From assembly GCA_964350735.1 (NCBI GenBank), contig CAYGKO010000002.1, positions 26,134-90,133 on the forward strand: DNA of 64,000 bases. The letters are read 5' to 3'. The position numbers and the translations under genes were made by a program. Under the pieces are notes generated by a model, which was given only the letters and a program-made list of their open reading frames with translations, had not been told where the DNA came from and did no database searches. This document shows positions 41,258 through 50,795 of this stretch, one piece after another (positions within the stretch are counted from its first letter, which is position 1; each line of letters opens with the position of its first letter). This DNA is from an uncultured Candidatus Saccharibacteria bacterium. Its GTDB lineage: Bacteria; Patescibacteriota; Minisyncoccia; Phycocordibacterales; UBA918.

Positions 41258-42655
41258 ATGTTAGAGCATCTTTTTGGTAATCCAAAAGATATTGCAGCCA
41301 AGATACCCATTTTGGCTTTTTTCATTCGCTTTGTTTCTTCTAATGACTCAGACTATGGTGGATTTGTAGCCATTCTTTCTGTGGTGCTTTTATTTTACGG
41401 TCTCGGATTTACTGACATTTCCCAAGCGCAAGTTTTCTCTATTGTTATCGCACTCACTCCACTCTGGCTTACTTGGTATATCTTTGTAAATTTCTTTGAT
41501 AAATGGTCAGAGTACACTGGTAAGAAATTTGGTTTATATAACGGCAGGACTACTTTGCGCATCAATCTTCCCCAAGAGGTATTAAAGTCTCCTGAAGCTA
41601 TGGAGTTCGTAATTTCTCAAATTCATAACACGGCTAATCCCGACAACTTAATGCAGACCTATTTACAGGGTAAACGTCCATTAAATTTTAGTTTCGAATT
41701 AGTTTCCATTGGTGGAGATGTGCGTTTTTATGCAAACCTACCAACTAGTAAAACAAAAGCTGCTTTTGAAGCAAACATGTATGCCCAATATCCTGGGGTT
41801 GAAATAGTCGAAGAACCGGTTGATTATGCAGCTGAAATTGGACTCGATAGTGACTGGGAGTGGTTTAGTTGTCATATGAGAAAGAAAAAGGACGAAGTAT
41901 TTCCGATTAAAACATATATTGATTTTGGACTGGATAAGCTCCCAAAAGAAGAAGAGAAAGTAGACCCAATGACACCAATGCTAGAAGTACTTGGTGGTGT
42001 TGGTCCATCAGAGCGTTTATATATTCAGTACATCTGTACACCTTTTCGACCATCAAGTTTTTCAAATGGACAATTAATGTTTGGGGAAGGATCTGGCTGG
42101 GATAAAGGAGTGACAGCAGCTCTAAATAAAATTATGAACCGCGATCCAGACACGAGGCAAGCTATAGACAGTGGGAACTCTGAAGAAGTGGCTCGACTTA
42201 CTCAAGGTGAACGAGATGCCGTCGCAGCAATGGAAAGAAATGCGGGTAAGTACGCCTATAACGTTGGTATCCGCTGGGTATATGCATCTCGCCCAGGGCA
42301 TTTCGCTGGTGATCGGATCAATCCGATTATTCGGTCGTTTAGTCAGTATGACATTATCAGCGATATTAGAAATCAAATTGGTGTAGCCTGGAGAACAGAC
42401 ATTGATTACAAAGACTTGATCCCCGGTTCATACAAGAAAATTGAAGCACTTAAAGTGCAGGAATTAAAAGAGTACAAATTGAGAAAATACTTTAATAAAG
42501 GGGGCGCAGACGGTATGAAGATATTTACAGCCGAGGAGCTAGCTACCATGTTTCATATTCCTGGTCAGGTTGCATTTACTCCTACCCTAAGTCGTGTTCC
42601 ATCTACTCGAAGTGAAGCGCCAAATAACTTACCGGTTGGAAATTTACCTGAATAA
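41258..42655 (+). CDS. conserved hypothetical membrane protein, resembling the N-terminal region of CPR coupling-protein-like ATPases
   Basis: N-terminal TMs; P.E..KSP.AME, FSFE...IGG..RFY, AQYP..EI.E..DY and EELATMFH.P motifs. Confidence 0.6.
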   Translation: MLEHLFGNPKDIAAKIPILAFFIRFVSSNDSDYGGFVAILSVVLLFYGLGFTDISQAQVFSIVIALTPLWLTWYIFVNFFDKWSEYTGKKFGLYNGRTTLRINLPQEVLKSPEAMEFVISQIHNTANPDNLMQTYLQGKRPLNFSFELVSIGGDVRFYANLPTSKTKAAFEANMYAQYPGVEIVEEPVDYAAEIGLDSDWEWFSCHMRKKKDEVFPIKTYIDFGLDKLPKEEEKVDPMTPMLEVLGGVGPSERLYIQYICTPFRPSSFSNGQLMFGEGSGWDKGVTAALNKIMNRDPDTRQAIDSGNSEEVARLTQGERDAVAAMERNAGKYAYNVGIRWVYASRPGHFAGDRINPIIRSFSQYDIISDIRNQIGVAWRTDIDYKDLIPGSYKKIEALKVQELKEYKLRKYFNKGGADGMKIFTAEELATMFHIPGQVAFTPTLSRVPSTRSEAPNNLPVGNLPE

Positions 42656-42665
42656 ACATAACGAC

Positions 42666-43649
42666 ATGGAAGATTATCCTGAATCGAACAACAACATACA
42701 AAAGAAGATTGGGCCACTGGGTTGGTTGGCCATTATTGTGATAGACGTACTGTTACTGCTCATTTTCATAGGCTATTTTTTAACTCTAGCACCAGGAAAT
42801 TTTACCGCACAAAGTGTATTAATCGAGAAAGGAAATTCAGCTCGAGAGATTTCGGAACAACTAGCTGAGAAAGATATTGTGAAGTCGGGCGATATGTTGT
42901 ACGCAGTGCTTGTGGCGAAATTTGACCCTAGTAACATTAAGGCAGGGAACTTTTATTTCGAGCAACCACTTTCTGTATTCGAAGTGGCAGAAAAAATTAC
43001 TACTGAAATTCCACAAGAAGAACAAATCACCATCACCTTTCCTGAAGGTTTCTCAGCGTATCAGTTGACTGACTTCATTCCATCTGAAATCTCAGCCAAC
43101 AATGACTTCGATCTTGATATACCAAACGTGGAAGGATACCTGTTCCCAGATACGTATTTAGTGCCGGTTACATTTGGGGAAACAGAGGTAATTGACTTAC
43201 TCCAGAACACCTTCAAACAAAAAGTAGCACCCCTTCGATCGGCAATAGAAAAATCACCCTACACTCTAGAAGAAGTGATTATTCTTGCCTCCATCATCGA
43301 ACGAGAGGCTAATGACAAAGAAAGCATGGGCATGGTAGCCGGGGTCTTAGAGAATCGCCTGGAGATCGGTATGGCTCTTCAGGTAGATGCTTCGATTGCG
43401 TACGGGCTACAGAAATCAGGCGTGGACTTAACCAGAGATGATATCGAAACTGATGGTCCGTATAACACCTACACCCGACCAGGATTGCCGCCAACCCCGA
43501 TCGCTAATCCTGGCTTACAAGCTATCAATGCTGTTCTGAACCCGATTCCGAACGATTATTTTTACTATATTACAGGCAATGACGGCAATTTCTACTACGC
43601 TGAAACTCTTGATCAGCACAACATAAATATCCAAAAATACTTGCGTTAG
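42666..43649 (+). CDS. mltG: endolytic transglycosylase MltG
   Basis: PEG, EGYLFPDTY, LASIIERE, LQVD, YNTY...GLPPTPIANPG motifs. Confidence 0.94.
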   Translation: MEDYPESNNNIQKKIGPLGWLAIIVIDVLLLLIFIGYFLTLAPGNFTAQSVLIEKGNSAREISEQLAEKDIVKSGDMLYAVLVAKFDPSNIKAGNFYFEQPLSVFEVAEKITTEIPQEEQITITFPEGFSAYQLTDFIPSEISANNDFDLDIPNVEGYLFPDTYLVPVTFGETEVIDLLQNTFKQKVAPLRSAIEKSPYTLEEVIILASIIEREANDKESMGMVAGVLENRLEIGMALQVDASIAYGLQKSGVDLTRDDIETDGPYNTYTRPGLPPTPIANPGLQAINAVLNPIPNDYFYYITGNDGNFYYAETLDQHNINIQKYLR

Positions 43650-43678
43650 TTAAAAAAATTAGTAGGCTACAATCAAAT

Positions 43679-44722
43679 ATGGAAACAGTATTTGTCGGAT
43701 TATCTGGTGGTGTTGACTCGTCAGTCGCCGCTTTAAGACTTAAAAACCAAGGCTACAATGTCGTGGGGGTTTTTATCAAAGTCTGGCAGCCAGATTTTCT
43801 TGAATGCAACTGGGAGGCTGAGCGACTTGACGCTATGCGAGTAGCTGCTCATTTAGAAATACCATTTCTCACGTGCGATGCAGAAGAGACCTATCGTACT
43901 GAAGTGGGTGAATTTTTTATCAACGAATATAAAAAAGGACGAACCCCAAACCCTGATGTTCTCTGTAACCAACAGGTAAAGTTCGGAGCTTTCTTGCGAT
44001 TTGCACTGGGGAAAGGAGCTGACTTTGTCGCTACCGGACACTACGCCCAACGAGTTGTAACCGAGGCAGGTATTGAGCTACACCGAGGCGTGGATACCAA
44101 TAAAGATCAATCGTACTTCCTCTGGACGCTTACTCAAGCTCAGCTGCAACATATTTTACTCCCCGTAGGAAATAGTCCTAAAGAACAAATTAGAAAGGAA
44201 GCAGCCGCCGCTGGTATCCCGGTCGCAGCCAAAAAGGATAGTCAGGGAGTTTGTTTCTTAGGACATATTGATATTCCAGAATTTTTAGCACACTTTATAA
44301 CACTCGAAACCGGAGCTGTTTTAAATACCGCTGGGGAACACATTGGTGAACATAAAGGGGCGTTGGTCTATACCATTGGCCAGAGGCAAGGATTTGATGT
44401 GACTAAAAAAGATGGAGCCCAAAAAGCTTTATACGTTGTAGATCGTGATATTCTTGAAAACACCATTACCGTACGTGCAGAACCACCTATTTTAAAAAAA
44501 GAGAATTTTGTTACCCTTCAAGATATACATTGGATAACAGAAGAATCTCAAAAAAATTTTGAAATTGAAGCTCAATTTCGATATCGCCAAACACCATTCG
44601 CTGTTCGACTTTTACCAAATGGCACCCTAGAGCTTAAAGTAACTACTGAAGCAGTTGCGGCTGGTCAATCCTGTGTATTGTATAGGGGCAGTCTGTGCCT
44701 TGGAGGTGGTATCATAGCCTAA
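43679..44722 (+). CDS. mnmA: tRNA 2-thiouridine(34) synthase
   Basis: SGGVDS PP-loop, TPNPDVLCN, ATGHYA, KDQSYF, DSQGVCF. Confidence 0.96.
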   Translation: METVFVGLSGGVDSSVAALRLKNQGYNVVGVFIKVWQPDFLECNWEAERLDAMRVAAHLEIPFLTCDAEETYRTEVGEFFINEYKKGRTPNPDVLCNQQVKFGAFLRFALGKGADFVATGHYAQRVVTEAGIELHRGVDTNKDQSYFLWTLTQAQLQHILLPVGNSPKEQIRKEAAAAGIPVAAKKDSQGVCFLGHIDIPEFLAHFITLETGAVLNTAGEHIGEHKGALVYTIGQRQGFDVTKKDGAQKALYVVDRDILENTITVRAEPPILKKENFVTLQDIHWITEESQKNFEIEAQFRYRQTPFAVRLLPNGTLELKVTTEAVAAGQSCVLYRGSLCLGGGIIA

Positions 44723-45553
44723 ATGGTTACGGTAATAAAAGCTGATGGAACAGCGGAGGAGTTTCAAATCCAAAAATTAAAACGTTCGCTTCGTCGATCA
44801 GGTGCAGTTCGAGAAGAAGTACGCGAAATTGCTGCCGAAATAGAAAAGGAACTAGTTGATGGAATGAAGACTCAAGAGATCTACTCACGAGCCTTTTCAC
44901 TATTGCGTGACAGTGAGCAGCCAGTGGCCGCACGTTATTCACTTCGAAGAGCCTTGTTTGGACTTGGTCCTACCGGATTTCCATTCGAAGATTTCCTAGC
45001 TCGCTTGTTTGAAACCGAAGGGTATACAACAAGAACTAGGCTAGAGCTTAAAGGGAACTGTACCACTCATGAAATTGATGTAGCTGCATACAAAGATGAT
45101 CACTCATTCGTGGCGGAAGCAAAATTTCATGCCCGGCCAGGAATCAAATCTGATCTCCAGGTTGTAATGTATTCCAACGCTAGAAAAATGGATTTGGTGG
45201 ATGCAAAGATCTGCAACGCTGATATATGTGGTGTAACAAACCTCATGGTTATTACAAATACCAAATTTACTCACACTGCAGAATCATATTCTGAGTGTGC
45301 AGGACTTGAATTATTGAGCTGGGACTATCCAAAACAAAACAATTTACACGATCGCATTCAACGAGCCGGCATCTATCCCATCACTGTTTTGCAGTCACTG
45401 TCCGGCGCTCAAAAAAAGGCTTTAATTGAACGTGGGGTAATAATTTGTGGCGATATTCTTAAAAAACCCCACCTTCTTCGGCACATACACATCAGCACTA
45501 AAAAAACTGAGGCAGTACTTTCTGAAGCTCGTCAACTCTGTAAGGAAATATAA
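44723..45553 (+). CDS. ATP-cone domain fused to Mrr-like PD-(D/E)XK endonuclease
   Basis: N-terminal V.KADG..E.F...KL..SL cone; GFPFE, EIDV, AEAKFH and ITNTKFT motifs. Confidence 0.8.
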   Translation: MVTVIKADGTAEEFQIQKLKRSLRRSGAVREEVREIAAEIEKELVDGMKTQEIYSRAFSLLRDSEQPVAARYSLRRALFGLGPTGFPFEDFLARLFETEGYTTRTRLELKGNCTTHEIDVAAYKDDHSFVAEAKFHARPGIKSDLQVVMYSNARKMDLVDAKICNADICGVTNLMVITNTKFTHTAESYSECAGLELLSWDYPKQNNLHDRIQRAGIYPITVLQSLSGAQKKALIERGVIICGDILKKPHLLRHIHISTKKTEAVLSEARQLCKEI

Positions 45554-45602
45554 AAGCTGATATACTTGCAGACATACAAGTGATTATTTCAGTATTATAG
45601 TT

Positions 45603-46154
45603 ATGTCAGAAGCAGAAAAGCAAGAAGGGCAAAAGACAGTAGTCGCCTTTATCGCTGGATTACTTATCGGTGGTCTACTCGTTTGGGTCTTCAGTGGTCC
45701 AACACATGATGGTGAGCATAAGGAAGGAATGCATGATGATGAAGCAGGCGAAATGGCTGAAGAAATGATGTCGGATGACTCGTCAGACGAAGCAGTGTCT
45801 ACTGGTCAAGAAATGACCATTGCGGCAGTTGAAATGCAAACTGGTGATGGTGCTATCGAGGTATCAGATCAGGCAGCTAGTTCTGCAGTTGTGATTGATA
45901 GCGCAACCTTCCCAAATGATGACGGCTGGATCGCTGTGCGATCATACCAAAATGACCAACTTGGAAACATTCTTGGAGCAGCTCGATTTAGTAAGGAACA
46001 AGGTTTGGTACCAGAAGAAGTACCACTACTAGTCCCTACTACAGTTGGAAACTCATACGCGGTAGTCTTCTTTACGGAAGATGGTAACCGTGAGTTTAAT
46101 CTTTCAGGCGATGCTCAAGTAGAAGGTGTGTGGTCAACGTTTGTGGCTAAATAG
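45603..46154 (+). CDS. hypothetical membrane-anchored protein
   Basis: N-terminal TM, acidic linker, V.DQ..GWIAV..GNILGA beta domain. Confidence 0.75.
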   Translation: MSEAEKQEGQKTVVAFIAGLLIGGLLVWVFSGPTHDGEHKEGMHDDEAGEMAEEMMSDDSSDEAVSTGQEMTIAAVEMQTGDGAIEVSDQAASSAVVIDSATFPNDDGWIAVRSYQNDQLGNILGAARFSKEQGLVPEEVPLLVPTTVGNSYAVVFFTEDGNREFNLSGDAQVEGVWSTFVAK

Positions 46155-46169
46155 CTTCTATCGATTGAC

Positions 46170-46199
46170 AGAAAAAAGCCCTCATAAGGGCTTTTTTCT
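46170..46199 (+). terminator. intrinsic terminator
   Basis: AGAAAAAAGCCCT-cata-AGGGCTTTTTTCT. Confidence 0.8.
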
Positions 46200-46221
46200 T
46201 GCGTGGTATACTAGATACATT

Positions 46222-47076
46222 ATGGCTGATTACGTATACAAATATAATCCAAATCGAAACGCTGATTGGAATTATGGTGGCAAAAAATGGCGGTTATCTC
46301 GCTCAAAACTCGACTATTTTATTGAGTGTCCTCGCTGTTTTTATGTTGATAACAAACTAGGGACAAAGCGACCTGGTTTTCCATCGTTCAATTTAAACAT
46401 TGCGGTAGATGAACTGTTTAAAAAAGAATTTGACGTACATCGAGCAGCTGGAACACGTCATCCAATTATGGAGCAGTACGAGATTGACGCTGTGCCGTTT
46501 CAGCACAAAGACATTGATACCTGGCGCGAAAACTTTGAAGGCATTGAATACAAAGACACTGAGACCGGTATGACTATCAGTGGAGCGGTGGATGATATTT
46601 GGGTCAAGCCAAACGGGGATCTCATTATTATTGACTACAAATCTACTTCTAAAGACGGGACTATAGACAAGTTAGGAGATAGTCCTTGGGAGCAGCAATA
46701 TACTAGACAACTCGGTGTGTACAAATGGCTCTTGGAACAAAATGGCTTTAAAGTAGCCGATATCGGATACTTGGTGTACGCAAATGCTAGTAAAGATGAG
46801 GCTGGATTTGATAACAAACTAATTTTTGAAAGTACTTTGGTCTCGGTGCCAACAGATACTGACTGGATCGATGGAACTTTGGATAAAATTAAGGCGTGTC
46901 TTGAAAGTGAATCAATCCCGCTCTCTGGCCCAAATTGTGAATTTTGCCCGTACCGTGAAGCTGCCGGGAAAAAGCTCTTAGCAATCCATCAAGCTCAAAA
47001 GACAGCCGCTAAAGAGACTGGTAGCACCAACCCTTCTGACACCATCGCAGCTATCAAGAGTAAATATGCCAAGTAG
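46222..47076 (+). CDS. PD-(D/E)XK nuclease family protein (AddB/Cas4-like)
   Basis: LSRSKL..F.ECPRCF, GAVDD, IIDYKS, QL..Y and CEFCPY motifs. Confidence 0.85.
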   Translation: MADYVYKYNPNRNADWNYGGKKWRLSRSKLDYFIECPRCFYVDNKLGTKRPGFPSFNLNIAVDELFKKEFDVHRAAGTRHPIMEQYEIDAVPFQHKDIDTWRENFEGIEYKDTETGMTISGAVDDIWVKPNGDLIIIDYKSTSKDGTIDKLGDSPWEQQYTRQLGVYKWLLEQNGFKVADIGYLVYANASKDEAGFDNKLIFESTLVSVPTDTDWIDGTLDKIKACLESESIPLSGPNCEFCPYREAAGKKLLAIHQAQKTAAKETGSTNPSDTIAAIKSKYAK

Positions 47077-47326
47077 TTTTACAGACCAAGTAAAAAAACT
47101 TGTTGCTGCAATCCCAAAAGGTGCGACCATGACGTATAAAGAAGTGGCTAGCGCGGCTGGTAACCCAAACGCTTCTCGAGCCGTAGCAAACATTATGGCA
47201 GCTAATTACGACCCAAAAGTACCGTGTCACCGTGTGATACGCACAGATGGTAGTTTGGGTGGTTATAACCGTGGTGGTATAGTAAAAAAACGAGAACTGT
47301 TACTAAGTGAAGGTGTAATACTCTAA
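47066..47326 (+). CDS. MGMT family O6-methylguanine methyltransferase (single domain)
   Basis: IP.G..MTY..VA, SRAVA and active-site PCHRV motifs. Confidence 0.9.
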   Translation: MPSSFTDQVKKLVAAIPKGATMTYKEVASAAGNPNASRAVANIMAANYDPKVPCHRVIRTDGSLGGYNRGGIVKKRELLLSEGVIL

Positions 47327-47333
47327 TTTTATT

Positions 47334-47768
47334 ATGGATCCAAATCAGAGACGACTTGAGGGAGAGCTTAAAAATATGGAGCGCGATCTAGACAGATTGC
47401 GAAAGGATCAAGATAAAAACCAAAGGGAACTTCGAACAAAAGCGGATAACTTAAAGACCCTACAAAGAAAGAGAGACCTTGCAATGGTAAAGTTTGAAAA
47501 AGCAGAAGCCAACTTGCGGAAATTTCAGTCTGAGCATGACACTGCAAAAACAAACGCTGATGAACTGAATCAGAAGTTTGAAACCGAGGAGAACGCAATC
47601 GTTCGCCCGCTCTCACAAAAAGCCATGGAGTTCGAACAATCTATCAATCATCTTGAACAAGAGTACGGCCGTAAAAAACAAGAACTTGGTATTTTGATTG
47701 AACGAATTGCTCGTGATAATGAGCGGAGTCGTGTCGCTGCAAATGATAATCGTGGTAAAGCTGCTTAA
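47334..47768 (+). CDS. coiled-coil hypothetical protein
   Basis: Heptad-rich 144 aa ORF in operon; ends AANDNRGKAA. Confidence 0.7.
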   Translation: MDPNQRRLEGELKNMERDLDRLRKDQDKNQRELRTKADNLKTLQRKRDLAMVKFEKAEANLRKFQSEHDTAKTNADELNQKFETEENAIVRPLSQKAMEFEQSINHLEQEYGRKKQELGILIERIARDNERSRVAANDNRGKAA

Positions 47769-47778
47769 TCAAATTTCT

Positions 47779-48033
47779 ATGTCAAAATCAAGTGAAATCT
47801 TAAAAAGTGAACTGGGAGACGAAGATGTTAAAGTACAAAGACGAGCTATAGAAGATGTTTTGAACGAGTTATTTTTATATACCGAAACCCAACAAGATGG
47901 AGAGGAAGATCTGAACAGTCTGGAAACCAACACTTCAGAATACAAAAGACTCAATCAAAAAATCAGGGAGCGCAAAGATATTTTTAAAATACTTAGAAAT
48001 AAGGCTGATCAACTAAGAAGAGCAATCAAGTAG
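47779..48033 (+). CDS. small helical hypothetical protein
   Basis: ATG47779 ten nt after the previous stop; fills the gap to the HD gene. Confidence 0.55.
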   Translation: MSKSSEILKSELGDEDVKVQRRAIEDVLNELFLYTETQQDGEEDLNSLETNTSEYKRLNQKIRERKDIFKILRNKADQLRRAIK

Positions 48034-48035
48034 AT

Positions 48036-48635
48036 ATGTATTCATACCGCATTGAACAAGCTATCAAAGCAGCCAGTATCCTGCACAAAGGGCAAGTGCG
48101 TAAGGGGGAAGTGCCTTTACCCTATATTTCACATTTAGTAGCGGTGGCGTTTATTACAGCCGATTATACTGAGCACGGAGATACCGTTATTGCTGCTCTT
48201 TTACACGATACTGTTGAAGATACTGACTACACGTCTGAAGAGCTGCTCGAAGACTTTGGCGGTGATGTGCAACAAATAGTACTTGCTCTCTCTGAACCAG
48301 CAGATGAAGAAGGAGAATATACCTGGCGAGAGAAAAAACAAAAATACGCCAAACAACTAAAGAAAGCCCCTGAAGAAGCTCTGATAGTTGCGGCTGCGGA
48401 TAAGATTCACAACATGCGTACGATTGTCGAAGAGTATTATGATGATCACATTCGCTTTATGAACGAATTCCGTGGCTCACTCGATGATCGAGCCTTGATG
48501 TATGAAGATATCAGCAACGTACTCAACGCCCGGCTGAAAAATGATATAGTGGCAGAGTTCAACCACGTATTTACTGAATATAAAAATTTCCTTTCCGATG
48601 TCAAAAAAACCCAAGCCCGCAAAGAAGAGCTTTAA
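48036..48635 (+). CDS. HD domain protein, RelA/SpoT hydrolase-like (small alarmone hydrolase/Mesh1 type)
   Basis: H.GQ.RK...PYI.H, AALLHDTVEDT and ADKIHN motifs. Confidence 0.85.
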   Translation: MYSYRIEQAIKAASILHKGQVRKGEVPLPYISHLVAVAFITADYTEHGDTVIAALLHDTVEDTDYTSEELLEDFGGDVQQIVLALSEPADEEGEYTWREKKQKYAKQLKKAPEEALIVAAADKIHNMRTIVEEYYDDHIRFMNEFRGSLDDRALMYEDISNVLNARLKNDIVAEFNHVFTEYKNFLSDVKKTQARKEEL

Positions 48636-50445
48636 GTACAAAACCACAGCTACACTTCCCAAACTAGCGAAAGTCAAAACTGAGTGGGACTTAGCAAGTT
48701 TGTACTATTCATCTGAAAATGACCCGCAGATTGAAAAAAATATATCTAAGACTGAGAAAGCTTATTTAGCTTTCGCAAAAAAGTGGAAAAATAAAAAGTT
48801 TACAACTTCAGCAAAAACTCTACTAGTTGCCTTATCTGAAAAGGAAAAATTGGCAAAAATGCCAGAAGCTGCTCGTGCTGGTCGTTATTTCTCGTTCAGG
48901 ACTTGCTTGAACGCAAAAGATGAGGTGGCCAACAAAAAACAAGCCCTACTGGGACAAAGATTTAGGAAACTATCAAGCGAACTATTATTTTTCGGTCTTG
49001 AGATTGGAAAACTTTCAAAAACAGAACAAAAAAAACTACTGGCAGATACTTCATTGCAGCATTTTCATTATTACTTACACCAAATATTCTTATCTTCTAA
49101 ATATGACCTTTCTGAGGCCGAAGAGAAAATAATTAAACTCAAGAGAAACCAATCTTACGGAATGTGGACTGATGCAGTTGAGAGAATCATCAGTAACAGA
49201 ACCATAAGTTGGAAAGGTGCCGAAATGGCTATCCCTGAAGCACTCGAAACAATCAACACGCTTGGGACTAAAGACAAACGAAAACTTTGGGATATTCTCA
49301 TTTCTCAGATGGAACAAATTGGCGAATTCGCTGAGCATGAATTTAATGCAATTATTACCGATGTTCGTACGGAAGAAGATTTACGTGGCTACAAAAAACC
49401 GTACAGCTCAACCGCACTGAGTTACGAAGATTCGGAGAAAAGTATTGAGAACCTAGTGAGCACTGTTTCAACTGAAGGCTTTGAACTTAGTAAAAAATTC
49501 TACAAACTTAAAGCCGCTGCACACGGCGTTGATAAGCTGCACTACACTCAAAAATACGACTCAATTGGACAGGCTCCGTCAATTCCGTGGAAGCAAGCAG
49601 TCGAGATATGCCGGGATGTTTTTTATAACGTAAAAAATGAATACGGATCAGTTTTCGATCGGATGTTAGCAAATGGACAAATTGATGTTAGTCCCAAGAA
49701 AGGGAAGCGTGGTGGTGCCTTTATGAGCGCTGAAGTGAGTCAGCCCACACAGGTATTTCTCAATCATTTGGACGACTTTAAATCTCTAGAAACCCTAGCA
49801 CACGAAATGGGGCATGCTATTCATGCTGAACGTAGTAAAAAACAAACCCCTTTTTATGAAGGTCACTCCATCACAACTGCTGAAACGGCCAGCACTTTGT
49901 TTGAAAACTTACTATTTGACGCTGTCTACGACCAGGCTGAAGCAAAAACTAAACCAATTCTTTTGCATGACAGAATCACAAGAGATATTGCCACTATTCA
50001 GCGACAAATCGCCTTCTTTAATTGTGAACTTGAAATCCACAATACTATCAGCTCTCAAGGGGCAATGACCAATGACGAGTTGCGAGACTGTATGTATTCA
50101 CATCTAAAAACGTATCTGGGCCCTGCCATATCACTGGACAAGAGAGACGGATACTCCTACGTATATATTCCACACCTACGCTATGGATTTTATGTATACA
50201 CGTACACATTTGGAATCCTAATGAGTACCATCATGGCAAATCACTACAAAGCAGATCCTGGTTACATTGATGAGATTGATAAATTCCTATGCTCAGGGGC
50301 TGCTGCAAGCGTGGCCGATATATTCGCTTCGATTGGCATTGATACCAGCAAAGCAAACACGTTTTCAAACGCGTTGCAAAATCATGCCGCAGACATCAAA
50401 TCATTTGAGCAATACACAAAGCAAACAACGAAACGCAAAAAATAG
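48598..50445 (+). CDS. M3 family oligoendopeptidase F
   Basis: WDL..LY, KGKRGGAF, HEMGH, AETAS and FYVY.Y motifs. Confidence 0.92.
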   Translation: MSKKPKPAKKSFKYKTTATLPKLAKVKTEWDLASLYYSSENDPQIEKNISKTEKAYLAFAKKWKNKKFTTSAKTLLVALSEKEKLAKMPEAARAGRYFSFRTCLNAKDEVANKKQALLGQRFRKLSSELLFFGLEIGKLSKTEQKKLLADTSLQHFHYYLHQIFLSSKYDLSEAEEKIIKLKRNQSYGMWTDAVERIISNRTISWKGAEMAIPEALETINTLGTKDKRKLWDILISQMEQIGEFAEHEFNAIITDVRTEEDLRGYKKPYSSTALSYEDSEKSIENLVSTVSTEGFELSKKFYKLKAAAHGVDKLHYTQKYDSIGQAPSIPWKQAVEICRDVFYNVKNEYGSVFDRMLANGQIDVSPKKGKRGGAFMSAEVSQPTQVFLNHLDDFKSLETLAHEMGHAIHAERSKKQTPFYEGHSITTAETASTLFENLLFDAVYDQAEAKTKPILLHDRITRDIATIQRQIAFFNCELEIHNTISSQGAMTNDELRDCMYSHLKTYLGPAISLDKRDGYSYVYIPHLRYGFYVYTYTFGILMSTIMANHYKADPGYIDEIDKFLCSGAAASVADIFASIGIDTSKANTFSNALQNHAADIKSFEQYTKQTTKRKK

Positions 50446-50460
50446 TCTATACTGCTAGTT

Positions 50461-50736
50461 ATGAGTTTACTTTTTTTAGGAATGACGTTGAGCGTGATCG
50501 GAAAAGGGATGATTGCACTCGGTGTCGTATGGGTGCATATCACTATGGCTACTGAGCGTAGTATTGATGATTTAGTGGTGCGTTCATTCAGAACTGAGCT
50601 GTATATCACTATCATAGGTTTTGCTTTGATAGTACTAGGGTATGTCTTTGAAGTGCACGCCCTTGGGGGATTTCCTGCTTTAATGCTATGTGAAAGCGCA
50701 GAATGCGCCGCTGCTATCGGTAACGCTGCTAATTAA
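50461..50736 (+). CDS. small membrane protein
   Basis: Two TMs; TATACT seven nt upstream. Confidence 0.65.
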   Translation: MSLLFLGMTLSVIGKGMIALGVVWVHITMATERSIDDLVVRSFRTELYITIIGFALIVLGYVFEVHALGGFPALMLCESAECAAAIGNAAN

Positions 50737-50795
50737 CCTTTAGTTTTTACGTCAATTTGCTAGTATAACGGCATTATTTGGGTAATTGTATGTAT

